A stretch of 64,000 bases of DNA from Antedon mediterranea. Taxonomy: Eukaryota > Animalia > Echinodermata. The notes below the pieces were generated by a model. That model saw nothing but the letters and a program-made list of their open reading frames with translations. It did no database searches and was not told the origin of the DNA. A program made the translations under genes and the position numbers. Position 1 is the first letter of the stretch, and every line of letters starts with the position of its first letter. The stretch spans positions 2,537,812 to 2,601,811 of the forward strand of contig NC_092675.1 of the NCBI RefSeq assembly GCF_964355755.1. Direction: 5' to 3'. Below, piece after piece: positions 50,765 through 62,829 of this stretch.

Positions 50765-53700
50765 CTGTAAAATAAAAGTACACACAAAAAATTGTTTAAA
50801 AACCATTTAGCCATCAGCGAGGGCAGTATCACTTTTTTTCTTAATAAAGCCCAGCGCTACACTGAATTAAGCGCTACACTGAATTAAGCGATACACTGAA
50901 TTAAACGCTACACTGAATTAAGCGCTACACTGAATTAAGCGCTACACTGAATTAAGCGCTACACTGAATTAAGCGCTAAACTGAATTAAGCGCTAAACTG
51001 AATTAAGCGCTACACTGAATTAAGCGCTACACTGAATTAAGCGCTACACTGAATTAAGCGCTACACTGAATTAAGCGCTACACTGAATTAAGCGCTACAC
51101 TGAATTAAGCGCTACACTGAATTAAGCGCTACACTGAATGAATATGTACTACTGTAATAACAATTTGTGAGTTTTAAATTGTTCGATATAGATGAAATTT
51201 ATCCAAAATAAATTGAGCATATAATATAAATTGGAAACTTGCTACATTCTGTAGGGTTCAAAGGGTTTCTTCCTTTGCTTCACTATGCATTTTTCCATTT
51301 ATTGATTAATAGTCCTAAGTAGTTACATATTAACAGAAGAGGAAATTTCAGATATGATATCATAAAAGAAAATCTCAAATAAAAACACAGAACGCGGACA
51401 ATTTTAAATGTTTAGTTTTTCTCTTTTTAAAATTTTATCAGTATTTTTTTTCTTTAGGTTTTGCCAAGGGTAACCATTCACTATCCTTCTTGAAGGTGAC
51501 AGGTAATAATGTTGTTCACAAGACAAGCATACACAAAATTTAGTCTTTGGGAGTGAAGTTGTAAATTGGCATATATATGACAGGACTTGAACCCAGGACC
51601 CTTGGATTGGTAGCCAAGCATCATAACCACCAAGCCACAACTCCACTCCAATTGATTTAGTACATACCACTGAATATGATGGCGGTGGATTACGATATTC
51701 ATAGTTCCATACATAGGAGTACATAGGGGTATAAGCTGTTACCCCTATCATATCCCCTGGTTCATCATCTTGAATATCCACTGACCCAAAAACACACTCA
51801 GCATAACTTGGAGGTGCTGTAAAAAAAACCACAAAAATAGATGTTTAGAATTTCAAATTTGTACAAATTGGTAAACTATACATTATTTGTAATCTTACAT
51901 TTAAAAGCTGTTTACAATATCAAACTTTATGTGACAAAAAAAATGTGATGTGGCCATAGGTATATGATGTCATAGCACTACCATATTTGGGAATATCACT
52001 ACCATACTTGGGCACATCACACTCTTTTTTGGCAAACTAGATTGATAATGATAGTGTAGAAGGAGCTTTAGATAAATGTGATGCTTGGTTATAGAAAGTG
52101 GTTTGATATATGATGTGGTTTAATAGCTTAAGGAAATCAGACACAAAGAATGTTCAGAGTTTAGGAAATAAAGCATAATTAATCAGAACATTTTAATCAA
52201 TGATGTTTAATGTTAATGTTTATGATTGAAGTTAGTAGCATAATGAAAGACAAGGCCCATCCACTCCATAGTGATTATCAAAAGAACTGGACGGCGATTG
52301 AGGACTGCTCGATGTAGAACACATTAACTTTTTCAAATGTATGAGTGGTTTAACAACAATATTGGCATGGGTTGGAGGCTGACTCACTCCTTGTGGTGGA
52401 ATTCTTCTCAGTTATTGACTATAAGCCATAGGTTCAGTGAACACAGTTTGCCCGTGTGGACTTACAAGAACTTAGTTCATCATTTGAGAAGCAAATGCAT
52501 TCGAATTCGAGAACACTTCCATTAATTATTTGATTCTATCAGGCTTTTTAATCAACTCAGTTACGTCATTTTTCTGTCAGTAATTTTGTAATGATTCTGA
52601 ATAACCTATCATAATTATTTTGACCAATAATTAATTTTGAGGAATTGTATATGAATTTCCTTTTGGAAAAATGAAGTACAATATTTTACCTTCTTGAGTA
52701 CAAATATTACGGAATGTGGCAGGATTGAATCCCAATCCATTTGATTCAGTAGCCATACTAAAGTTGAAGCTATCAACCGCCAACGGGTCAATTGGTGAGT
52801 ATGGCGGCGCCCTCAACGGAACAGTACCAATTACTATAGGAAGGTTTATGTACAAGTTGGTCGCACCAGTAATATCAAGACAAATCTAAAAAAAAAAATA
52901 TGATTTAGTAAAAATATAAATTGAATATAATAATATATATTATTATTATTTTCCCACAACTAATTTCTATACAGAAGAATAACTATCTAAGCTTGGTTCC
53001 CACTATACAGTAGAATAACTATCTAAGCTTGGTTCCCACTATACAGTAGAATAACTATCTAAGCTTAGTTCCCACTATACAGTAGAATAACTATTTAAGC
53101 TTGGTTCCCACTATACAGTAGAATAACTATCTAAGCTTGGTTCCCACTATACAGTAGAATAACTATTTAAGCTTGGTTCCCACTATACAGTAGAATAACT
53201 ATCTAAGCTTGGTTCCCACTATACAGTAGAATAACTATTTAAGCTTGGTTCCCACTATACAGTAGAATAACTATCTAAGCTTGGTTCCCACTATACAGTA
53301 GAATAACTATCTAAGCTTGGTTCCCACTATACAGTAGAATAACTATCTAACCTTGGTTCCCACTATACAGTAGAATAACTATCTAACCTTGGTTCCCACT
53401 ATACAGTAGAATAACTATTTAAGCTTGGTTCCCACTATACAGTAGAATAACTATCTAAGCTTGGTTCCCACTATACAGTAGAATAACTATTTAAGCTTGG
53501 TTCCCACTATACAGTACAATAACTATCTAAGCTTGGTTCCCACTATACAGTAGAATAACTATTTAAGCTTGGTTCCCACTATACAGTAGAATAACTATTT
53601 AAGCTTGGTTCCCACTATACAGTAGAATAACTATCTAAGCTTGGTTCCCACTATACAGTAGAATAACTATCTAAGCTTGGTTCCCACTATACAGTAGAAT

Positions 53701-56700
53701 AACTATTTAAGCTTGGTTCCCACTATACAGTAGAATAACTATTTAACCTTGGTTCCCACTAGAGATGCAACACAAGGACATCAATAAATCAAATCTGACA
53801 TAAATTCAATGCAAGGGATTTAGATGCAATGTAAGTGATTTGACCAATGACAAGCGATGGATTATTTGAACTTTCGCGTGTCATTGGTCAAATCACTTTA
53901 CATTGCATCTACATTCTTGTGCTGGGTCTCTAGTGGGAACCAAGCTTAAGACTGAGACTCCTTCGGAATCCAACAGTGTCCCTTAAATAGAGGTTTTCAT
54001 CTGAATAGTATATAAAGAGTATTTTCACATTATTTAAAAATAAAAAGCTGAAATACTTACACTAAGAAAATACTCAAGCTTGATAATACTACAGTTGGTC
54101 AACGTTGGCGTGATCGCTGGAATTTTTAACAATTTATTACTCCAACTATCTGAAGAGCGCCCTCTAATGGCCTTGCCTTGTATACAGGCAACCGCACTAC
54201 GTACAGACCTCGATTTTCCGTCAGCATAGAACATTGTTCTTTGGTAGAGGGTCGCCTTCGGTTTCATTCTCCTTGCTGAGCCATTTTCATATTCTCCTGT
54301 AATAGCTATTGATTCTCCTGTACAACAGAATAAAGTACTCATTTCCAATTATTGCTACAATACTGAATGTTTAAAGGTCTTTCTACACTATCAAACTTTA
54401 TGTGACAAAAACAGTTACCCATATAATATATTTTTACATATTTATTGAAAAAAAACAAATTCATAGTAATCTATTCACCTGGACAATAACCTTTACGGTC
54501 AGTCTTCACTGACATGCTAATTTGTCCGGCTGCACACAGACCACAGCAAACGGTCTTTTCTTTTGTTCCTACAAGTGGCGTCTGAAATTTAAGATCAATT
54601 AACTTAATTAGTATTGACAATAAATATTTAATAGGGCCTTTTCAAAAGCACTGCAGACAATAGTAAAATTTGGCAACTTTTATTGATGATCATTCGAGAA
54701 CAATTTATGAAAAAAAAAAAGAGATCCTTTATTTGAAATAAAACCATAAGAATGTAATAAACATCCAAGTTCCCAGCTTGAAGGACCAATCATATGCAGG
54801 GCAAAACAAGACAACAATACAAAACGTATACCTACAAGTAATAATGGAGTGTTAATATCAATGTGGTCTATAACGGTAAAGGCCAGCTTGGTACGACTGT
54901 TGAAACCCCATTGTTTGTCCACCTCAGCCTTTAACCAATAACGGATCCTGCCATACTTGCCTTCAAAAGACGTAGCAACCCTCCTAGAAAAGAAAAAAAA
55001 TGTAAAAAATTACTTTTTCTGCATTCTTGTAAATTAACCCTTGAAAAATAAATTACTTGCAATTTCTTGGAAGCAGTTTATCAAGTTAAAAAAAAAACAT
55101 AATGATTTCATACAGTTACAAGGAGTTATCCGCTGAATGCGGATAACTAAAAAAAAATTAAAAATTCTCTGGTTAGAACTCCAAAAAATCCTTAATGGAT
55201 TTATTATATCATGCAATAATTTGACCTTGATGTAAAAGACTTCTTAATGATGTTTTTTTTTTCAAACCAGAATGAGTTATTGCTATATTGAAATAGCATC
55301 AAAATTCTTAATTACTACAGTTAGTTGTTTTGAATGTATAGTAATTACAGTATACTCGACGTGTATTTGCGCCATTGGAATAATTACCCTTCGTCATAGT
55401 ATTTTTATGGAAAGGTCTACTTAAAGACTGACCAAAAAACAACATAATTATGCATATTTCATAGGGTTGCTTAGTATTACTACATTTATTGTACATGGCT
55501 TGCCCGCCACAAGTATCGATTGGAGTAATCCAATTGATGTACAACTTCTAGGGCTCTTGTTTCTTCTTTTTAATTAATTAATTATTAATTATTTATTTTC
55601 AATACTTTATTTTTGTCAAATGTAAGAAGAAATAAATGTTACTTGGAATGAAAGTGTACAATATAATTAAAACAAATAAAAATAATTTGGCATTGGTATA
55701 AACTGGCGTTATGCATCAGTATTTTGATATACCAAAAACATTTGTATGGGTTAGCAGAAGCTTATACCCTTTTCGCAAAATGTAACGACTTGTAACCAAG
55801 TTTGCATAGTGTGAAGACAATTTTCTGGAAAACCCCCGAGATTTCACAGAGTCCCCTGTGAAATACACACCAACAAGAGGCCTGTGTTTTTATTCCGAGA
55901 TTTTCCTAGTTCTTACTGCATATGCGTGTATTACCCTGGTATTCACCAATCATATTAATCAAATAGCGCGCAACTATTCTCTCCTCCAGATGTTTCACAA
56001 GGTTTGAGTATGCGTGTGTGAAAACATGTAATAAGTCGGGAGATCATGCAGATGTGAAAAGGGTATTAGTTCCAAAAATATTTCCATACATGTACAGTAA
56101 ACAATGTTGAACAACAATTCAATTAATGTTAATTGTTATTTTTGTGTATATTTCAACATGTTATTGTACACAATAGAGAGGCCTCTGAAAGGGTTCTGTT
56201 TACCCACAGCGTGTAGACTGTTATTGTAAAGTAGCAAGCCATCTCATTTAAATAAATATTAACAATATAATTATAATGGCCTTTCTTTTAAAATACTGTA
56301 TGTTATTGTCAACTACCTGTATACATTGTATAAAATCTGTGTTAATTGCAGATATAATAAGCAGCCAGAAAAAATATTATGCAATATTGATGCAGGACAT
56401 TGTTAAACTTCTTTCACCAGATTGTTTATCATTGCAATATATAATAATTACAAATCAAGGACATACTGTAAGTGTGTGGCTATGTCTTTAGTCGAGCGTA
56501 AATCCAGTTTTCATGTAATTTTTTAATTTTCCAATGTCAATGAAAACCAGAATTACCAAGACATCCTTATCATAATGTGACATTACAAAATGGCATTTTT
56601 AACTAAAAATAATAATTTTTTTCAGGAGAAAAGAAATGATGACGATGGTAAGTGGGCGTGTCTCACTTGAGGGCGTCCTGGGGGCGGACTGATCCATTAT

Positions 56701-59700
56701 CTGACAGGAGTTCGGGAAAATTAATGTTATTAATGTTCTTCTTTTCGTAATGTTTACCTCTCGTTGGAGAGAGAGGCTTATGTTGGTTTATCCAGGTAAG
56801 CTAAGCACGATATAGACTATACTTTATTAAACTAAAAAGTCAACCAGTAATATCATAATACATTTAGCTTTTTTATTTAACATAAAAAAGGATTAAATCA
56901 TTTAAAATTAAATAATTATCATAATCAGAGTCAAAACTTTACATTTTATTTGTGGCAATAACAATAATTTATTAATTTTGAATAAAAATAATTAATTTAT
57001 GCTACAGCATACTGCACAATACTCATTAAATGTCAACAATCAATTATATTCAAAACAATGCAAATCGTAACAATGTATACACATATAAATTGCATAAATT
57101 GATATAATTTTAGGTTTGATTACAATGCAGAAAAAAATGCTTCCTTATGTAATAAAATACGAAGGGTTTTTGTCTTACCATCGATCTGCACTCTAAGTCC
57201 AATAATTCACAAGATTCCTAAAATCATTCCTGAAAATGTTATTTCCTTTAAACGTGAACTTAAACAATTTATTTCCAGTTAATATTGTTCGTACTATGTA
57301 TATATATATATATATATATTTTATCTGTCAACGATTTTAACTTTTATATGAATTTTATATAATCATTGTACATTTTTAAGCCTTTAATTAATATATTTTA
57401 TGATGTCATTTGAATATTTCATATTTTAAGTGTTGTACTGTATGTTTGTTTTATCGAGGGCCCTGAATGATCAGTTCTATTAGGAACTGGATAGGCTACC
57501 CTCAGTAAATATGGTAATAAATAAATAAAATAAATAAAAATAAATGAATTTGGAATGATAAATGATGAGACATACATTTATTTGTAATCAAAGTCATGGC
57601 ATTGGAAGACTCATTATTTTGGCTTGACAAAAAGAAAATTTTTATTTCAAAATCAATAATAGGATATTAGAAATCAGTTTAATTGCCATTACTGTACTTT
57701 CAGTTTGTCTGGCATCTCTATTTTATCTCATCTTTCTACTGTAACAACTCACATCACTGTAACATTTTTCTTTGTATTGCTTACATGAACATTTGTTATT
57801 TTCTTTGTTAAAAGAGCTTAATTAATCAATTAATTAATGCCATGAATTGAAAAAATACATAAACCAATAGTAGTGTTGGTAATATGAGTGCCGCTTAAAT
57901 ACATGGATAAACCGATATAGGCCTCTAACCCTCAAAGGAGAAAACATAACTTGAAACACTCATCCAAGATAATGAAATTCTCTCAAGTGGGTGACCCTGC
58001 TTTTTCTTTCAAGACATCCAACTGTTAGCATCAAACTTCAAGGGCAAGATAACAACATACTGTACTATGCTTGTGATATCATGAATTATTAATAATATGA
58101 ATTAAAAAATCACAATAATTAATATATATAATTAGTGCTGTACATACCCATATGGAATTTGAAAACTGAAGATAAATTCATGACGACCAACTCCTAAGAC
58201 TGGGTTGCTACCAGATTCATTCTCATCTGAAAATATTATTATCAACAAAAATAATATCAATACCTTTAATTAATGCCAATCTTGATGTATTTCATGTAAA
58301 ATAATACCCGGGATTTATATAGCGCCTAATGTTGTGAAACCTCTAAGCGCTGAACCTTATTACCTCGGTCATTTTTGCATCAAACATGTATGGAAACATA
58401 CTCCCATAATGCAGCTAGTAATCAGCGCAAAGTTGTGTCTTGATCTAACTAGGTACCCATTTATACACCTGGGTGGAGAGAGGCAAACGTAAGTAAAGTA
58501 TCTTGCCTAAGGATAAAAGCAATGCGGCAGAGTTGGATTCGAACCGCGATTTCACGATCAGTAGTCCAACACACTGCGCCACATACCCTTACAAAACATG
58601 GGCCTACTGTATAAACGTTTTTCGCACTATGTGTTTACTTCACTGCATGTATGAAATGCCTTTAATATACTGTACAGTACCACCGATATTAGTTTTAATG
58701 CATGAAATTAGCTGCAATTTTGTAATATTGTTTTATATATTTAGGTACAGTATATTTATTCATAAAAAGACATCAAATACAACGGCAGCCAAAAGGCTGA
58801 AAAGTAGTATTATACAATATTTGATAAAAATATATAAATACAATCAATACCACCAATGCAAATAATTTAATAGTTTATTCAGGAATGTCATACAATTAGT
58901 ACCTACAATAATGCCTGCCATTTAATCCAAGCTTTCACATAGGCCTAATACGGGATAATGAAAGTTGAACTTTCATACTGTAACATGTTATTACTGCAAC
59001 AATTATAAAATATTATACAAATAATGAATGTTTATGAGTGTAATGGTACAAATAATGGCACGAGGTGAATGATGAAAGGTTATATTTCAATTTATTTAGG
59101 TGTTAACTGTTAATAATCACTATCAATTATGTCTCCCATACTGTAGTTACATAAGCCATGGAGGAAATATATATATATATATTCCTCCATGCATAAGCCA
59201 TACAGTTATATATATTTTCCTCCATGCATAAGCCAGCTCCAGAAAAAAAATCTGGTATTGACAAAATGATAATTTGAAAAAATGACTAATGGTATTGAAT
59301 AATGGACACTCCTACTGTACTATCCTACTGGTACTCTATCACAGTATTATATTAGACAAAGAAATGACAATTATTGTGTGGTCAATTTGGCTGCGATTTT
59401 GCAAATTAGTATGTAAGATAGAATTTCAAAACTAAGAAGCGTGGAATAATTAGAGCAATTAGCACTAACTACCGTCGTTGTAATGTTTTATTTAGCCAAC
59501 TCACTGAAAGCATGGCAGTTAATTGGTTGACATACTGCTTCTACTAGGGCTGCACTTCTTTGGCCCAGTAACCTCGTTGCACTAAACATACTGTATACAT
59601 ACAACAGGCCTTGTTTTTTTAAAATTATAGGTGTTCTACAAATTGCACTCCTCAATACATTCAGGGGTGCTGTACTGTAGGTGTGCTGTTTGTATTTTGG

Positions 59701-62700
59701 TGTTTAGATAGAAGTATACACAGTACATTACATATGTATTGTTTTACTATTTTATTTTATTTTAGGCTGGTTGTTTGATTGTTTGCTATCATATCCATCT
59801 ACTACACACATGGGTTTAATAAAAAAAAATTACCGCAACTAAACTAAACTAAACTATTTGAACTGCCTGGGGTATTGTATGGTTGGTAGTTTGGGGTTGG
59901 GGGAGGGGGGGGGGGAGGGTGTGGCACGAGGTAACTGGGATTATCGAAATGACTATAAATATAACTTGAAACTGAAAGGTGTGAAAACATTAAATTTAAA
60001 AACTGGGAGATGGGGGAAGTTGTTCGTATCTTTAGTGATATAACAAAACTGTATGGGATACAAGCTGAAATTTGTAAATATAAAGAAAAGAGATGCTAAT
60101 GTACACATATTTGTGCCAATTATTATTCAAAACAATTTCTAATCTAATGTCTAACTCATTCATTAAAGAACAGAAACATTAATGTAATATAAGAATGTCA
60201 GATTGATTGATTGATTTAATCTATTGTACTAAAAGAGTATTAAAACAACTTACTGTACAAGCAACAAATGTTCATTTTAAAACGTAATATTCCATGAGGT
60301 ACTAATATTTGATTAAATTATGCTAATAGTACTGAAGGAATACAGTTGAAAATTAGAAAGCATGAAATGTATTCATGAAAACCTATACCAAATACACATT
60401 CAACCAGAATCCTTCGGGAAAAACATAACAATGAGGTACGAGAAAGGTTTTGAAATTAGAATCACAAAAAGGATATGTTGAATGTTGATAATGGGGTAAA
60501 GCTAATTAATTTAATGCTTCAACTATATATCACTCCAAATCACCTAACTAACGATGTATTTCAAAGGCTCTGTGAAATCTCGGGAGAAAAACACACCAAC
60601 TAGAGGCCTGTTAAGTTGTTCTGAGATGTCTCGAGTTTGTACTGCGCATGTGCTTTGTCCTGGTATCTAACTGACCAATCACAGTACATCTGAGCGTGAC
60701 GTTTTTTGTTACTAATTTTTAAAGTTGTTCTAACAATAATCAAATAGCGCCCCCAAACATACAATGACAATTACTTCTACCGAGATTTCACAAGGTTTGC
60801 AAATGCGTGTATGAAAACATTAAAAAAGTCTGGAGATCAAAATATGTAACAAGTTGTAACAATTTGTGCAGTGTGAAAAGGGATATCTCCATATAATTAT
60901 AAGCAAAGACAGTTTTAGAACCTGGGTTATATGAAATTCTTATAATAAAGTTAATACACATAAATAAATAATGGCACAAAATGACAAGGTCAAAGTTCAT
61001 GAAATCACAAAGCAATGAGTTTCGACGGATAATTAAATATTGATTGAAAACAGGTGAATTGACTGGTATCCTGCCTTAAATATGGATGTTGATGTCATGA
61101 TTGTCTAATAATTGAGTAATTTATTTGCTTAGAAAGTCTAGCCTTAAATGAGATGTTGAATGTTGATCCTTACAAATTGCACTCCTCTCAACACATGCAG
61201 TGGTACTGTAGGTGTGCAGTTTGTATTTTGGTGTGTAGAAGTTAAAGGTTTTGTAAATGGCACTTCTGAAACGTGGTTCCCACTAGAACGCAACGCAGCG
61301 ACGCGAAGTGCTGTATTGTGTAATCACAAGTGGGAACCGACGACGCAACAGTGCTGCAAACATCGAAACTACGGGAAATCAAATTAGTTTGATTTTACTC
61401 GACGCAAGGCAAAAGAACTCTGGAAAACATAGTACAGCGCATAGCCAAATACACGGGGTGAACCACATCAAAGTCTACGTCAACTAAGCTTTGCTTTCAC
61501 GCAGGTGGGGGCAAACACAATTGTTGGAAGGGTGTTCTAGTGGGAATCATGCTTTAATAAGGGATATTTTACAAGTGTGTATGGTGAGTGATCGTACTTC
61601 CCCGTCTCACAAAAATAAATTATTAGGCCTATAGCACTAATGAAAAATTATAAATTTTACTGAATTTAATTTTACTGAAAAAATACCTAAGAAAGAATGT
61701 GCAAGAGAGTACTACTACTGTACACCGAGTTATTAAGTAGTGTTTGTGTGACACTGCACATTTTTTCTGGTGAATTTTCAAAACATACCTTTACCAAATA
61801 AAACCTTCTTCTGTGAGAAATACTCCTCCTCTGCATCATAGAATTTAGTATAAGATCCCGTTTGATGGCCACCTCCTCGAGATTCGCTCCAATGTACCTA
61901 GAGTAGTTTGATAATTGACATAAAATACTGTGTTTATGGATTAGATAATTTAATATAATAAATAAATCAAAAATTTACTGTAGGCCTAGGCCTATGTTTT
62001 GAGTAGATTTAAAGTTTTTTGAAGAATCATACATCTTGCATTCAATGCTGTTCCGGAGATTGGATGAAAATTTGGGAGGTTCGAGAGGAAGTTTTTTTTG
62101 GACAGTGCCTTAACGTCATGGCCTAATCAAAATGAACACTATAAATCTGTCCTTTGTGGCGCACAATGAATTTTGGAAGTACTCAAAATGATTGAATGGC
62201 AGGCCAATATGCACTGTGCTGTGACACTGTGTGTGACCATTGAAAATACCCCCGATTTAATGTAAATAAAATACTAGATTATTCATGTATTCAGTAACAT
62301 GACTATCGACTTCTACAATGTAGTATTTGTTTGTGTTGAACAAGACCTAGGCCTAGCTAGCCGTACAAACTCAGATAAAATCCGAGTCTGGCTAGCTTCT
62401 TTCTAACTAAAGTTCCTGTGTCACACTGTGTGTGATTTCTTTTTTAATTTGCGAGGAAGAAGGAAAGGGAATCATTTTTTCAGAAGGTTAATATAATAAG
62501 TAAAGATTTTTTGGATTACTCTACAGTAGTACTACTATACTGTGAATAGAGATATAGGCCTAGGCTATATATATATCAGGGAAAAATTGTGTTTTGTATA
62601 GCTTTTTGCTATGCTACACTGGCGAAATTATTCCCTGTATATATATTTTAAATAGGCCTAGGCTAGGCCTATGGACCGGTACCTTTGCGAGACCGCGCAT

Positions 62701-62829
62701 GCAGATACGGATTCCCCTCAACTTGAGGTCACCTCGTAAATCCACAACAACATGGCCTGACACAAACTCGCCAGCTGAGTAGACGGATTTATTATGATCA
62801 AGTGAAATGTGGAAGTCTCTAATCTTCAT
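50705..62829 (-). CDS. ARRDC3: Arrestin domain-containing protein (alpha-arrestin, ARRDC3/4/2-like), 415 aa
   Basis: Phase-consistent exons 62829-62683, 61897-61789, 58226-58148, 54983-54836, 54581-54479, 54317-54061, 52885-52690, 51816-51668, 50764-50705; motifs RGLAKVHWSESR, ATSFEGKYGRIRYWLKAE, HIDINTP, KEKTVCC, LPIVIGTVP and two PPSY. Confidence 0.92.
50853..51139. repeat. 17-bp minisatellite AGCGCTACACTGAATTA, 17 copies
   Basis: Visible array in ARRDC intron 8. Confidence 0.97.
51455..51644 (-). mobile_element. tRNA-derived SINE
   Basis: Minus strand GGAGTTGTGGCTTGGTGG (A box), GGGTTCAAGTCC (B box), GTGAATGGTTACC-like core end; similar decayed head near 44667-44700. Confidence 0.65.
51668..51816 (-). 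CDS. ARRDC3: ARRDC exon 8 (two PPxY motifs)
   Basis: APPSYAECV...YEYRNPPPSYSV. Confidence 0.92.
51904..52067. mobile_element. MITE (AGCTCTGTCTACAC family) with two internal 21-bp units
   Basis: Inverted copy relative to 28328 and 39132. Confidence 0.7.
52690..52885 (-). CDS. ARRDC3: ARRDC exon 7
   Basis: ICLDITGATNLYINLPIVIGTVPL... Confidence 0.92.
52976..53761. repeat. 36-bp minisatellite, 22 copies, containing a MITE TIR
   Basis: AGAATAACTAT[C/T]TAAGCTTGGTTCCCACTATACAGT repeated; TIR motifs from 52989 to 53745 at 36-bp spacing. Confidence 0.97.
53746..53946. mobile_element. Harbinger-like MITE (CpG-decayed) abutting the 36-bp array
   Basis: CTTGGTTCCCACTAGAGA ... TCTCTAGTGGGAACCAAG. Confidence 0.85.
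54061..54317 (-). CDS. ARRDC3: ARRDC exon 6
   Basis: ESIAITGEYEN...LKIPAITPTLTNCSIIKLEYFLS. Confidence 0.93.
54479..54581 (-). CDS. ARRDC3: ARRDC exon 5
   Basis: TPLVGTKEKTVCCGLCAAGQISMSVKTDRKGYCP. Confidence 0.93.
54836..54983 (-). CDS. ARRDC3: ARRDC exon 4
   Basis: RVATSFEGKYGRIRYWLKAEVDKQW...HIDINTPLLL. Confidence 0.93.
55765..56065. mobile_element. Harbinger-like MITE (TACCCTTTTC termini)
   Basis: TTA|TACCCTTTTC ... GAAAAGGGTA|TTA; second partial copy at 60560-60885. Confidence 0.75.
57200..57545 (+). mobile_element. Decayed LINE 3' end
   Basis: IPENVISFKRELKQF-like remnant, small CAGTTC/GAACTG hairpin, (AAAT)n tail. Confidence 0.4.
58148..58226 (-). CDS. ARRDC3: ARRDC exon 3
   Basis: DENESGSNPVLGVGRHEFIFSFQIPY. 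Confidence 0.9.
58299..58583 (-). mobile_element. Full-length tRNA-derived SINE with CORE-like box and LINE-like tail
   Basis: Minus strand TGTGGCGCAGTG (A box), GGTTCGAATCC (B box), CCTTAGGCAAGATACTTT, CCACCCAGGTGTATAAATGGGTACC, GCGCTATATAAAT tail. Confidence 0.85.
60560..60885. mobile_element. Partial second copy of the 55765-56065 MITE
   Basis: Shared ACACACCAAC.AGAGGCCTG, AATCAAATAGCGC, TTTCACAAGGTTTG and TGTGAAAAGGG. Confidence 0.7.
61270..61553. mobile_element. Harbinger-like MITE, longer subfamily
   Basis: GTGGTTCCCACTAGAAC ... GTTCTAGTGGGAATCAT. Confidence 0.75.
61789..61897 (-). CDS. ARRDC3: ARRDC exon 2
   Basis: VHWSESRGGGHQTGSYTKFYDAEEEYFSQKKVLFGK. Confidence 0.92.
62683..62829 (-). 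CDS. ARRDC3: ARRDC exon 1
   Basis: MKIRDFHISLDHNKSVYSAGEFVSGHVVVDL...MRGLAK. Confidence 0.88.

Noticed and set aside
51570-51644. Functional tRNA gene
   Set aside because: Irregular anticodon loop, no acceptor stem, and it continues into a SINE body
52976-53761. CRISPR-like array (36-bp period)
   Set aside because: Units are head-to-tail with no unique spacers, there are no cas genes, the context is a eukaryotic intron, and the unit derives from a MITE end
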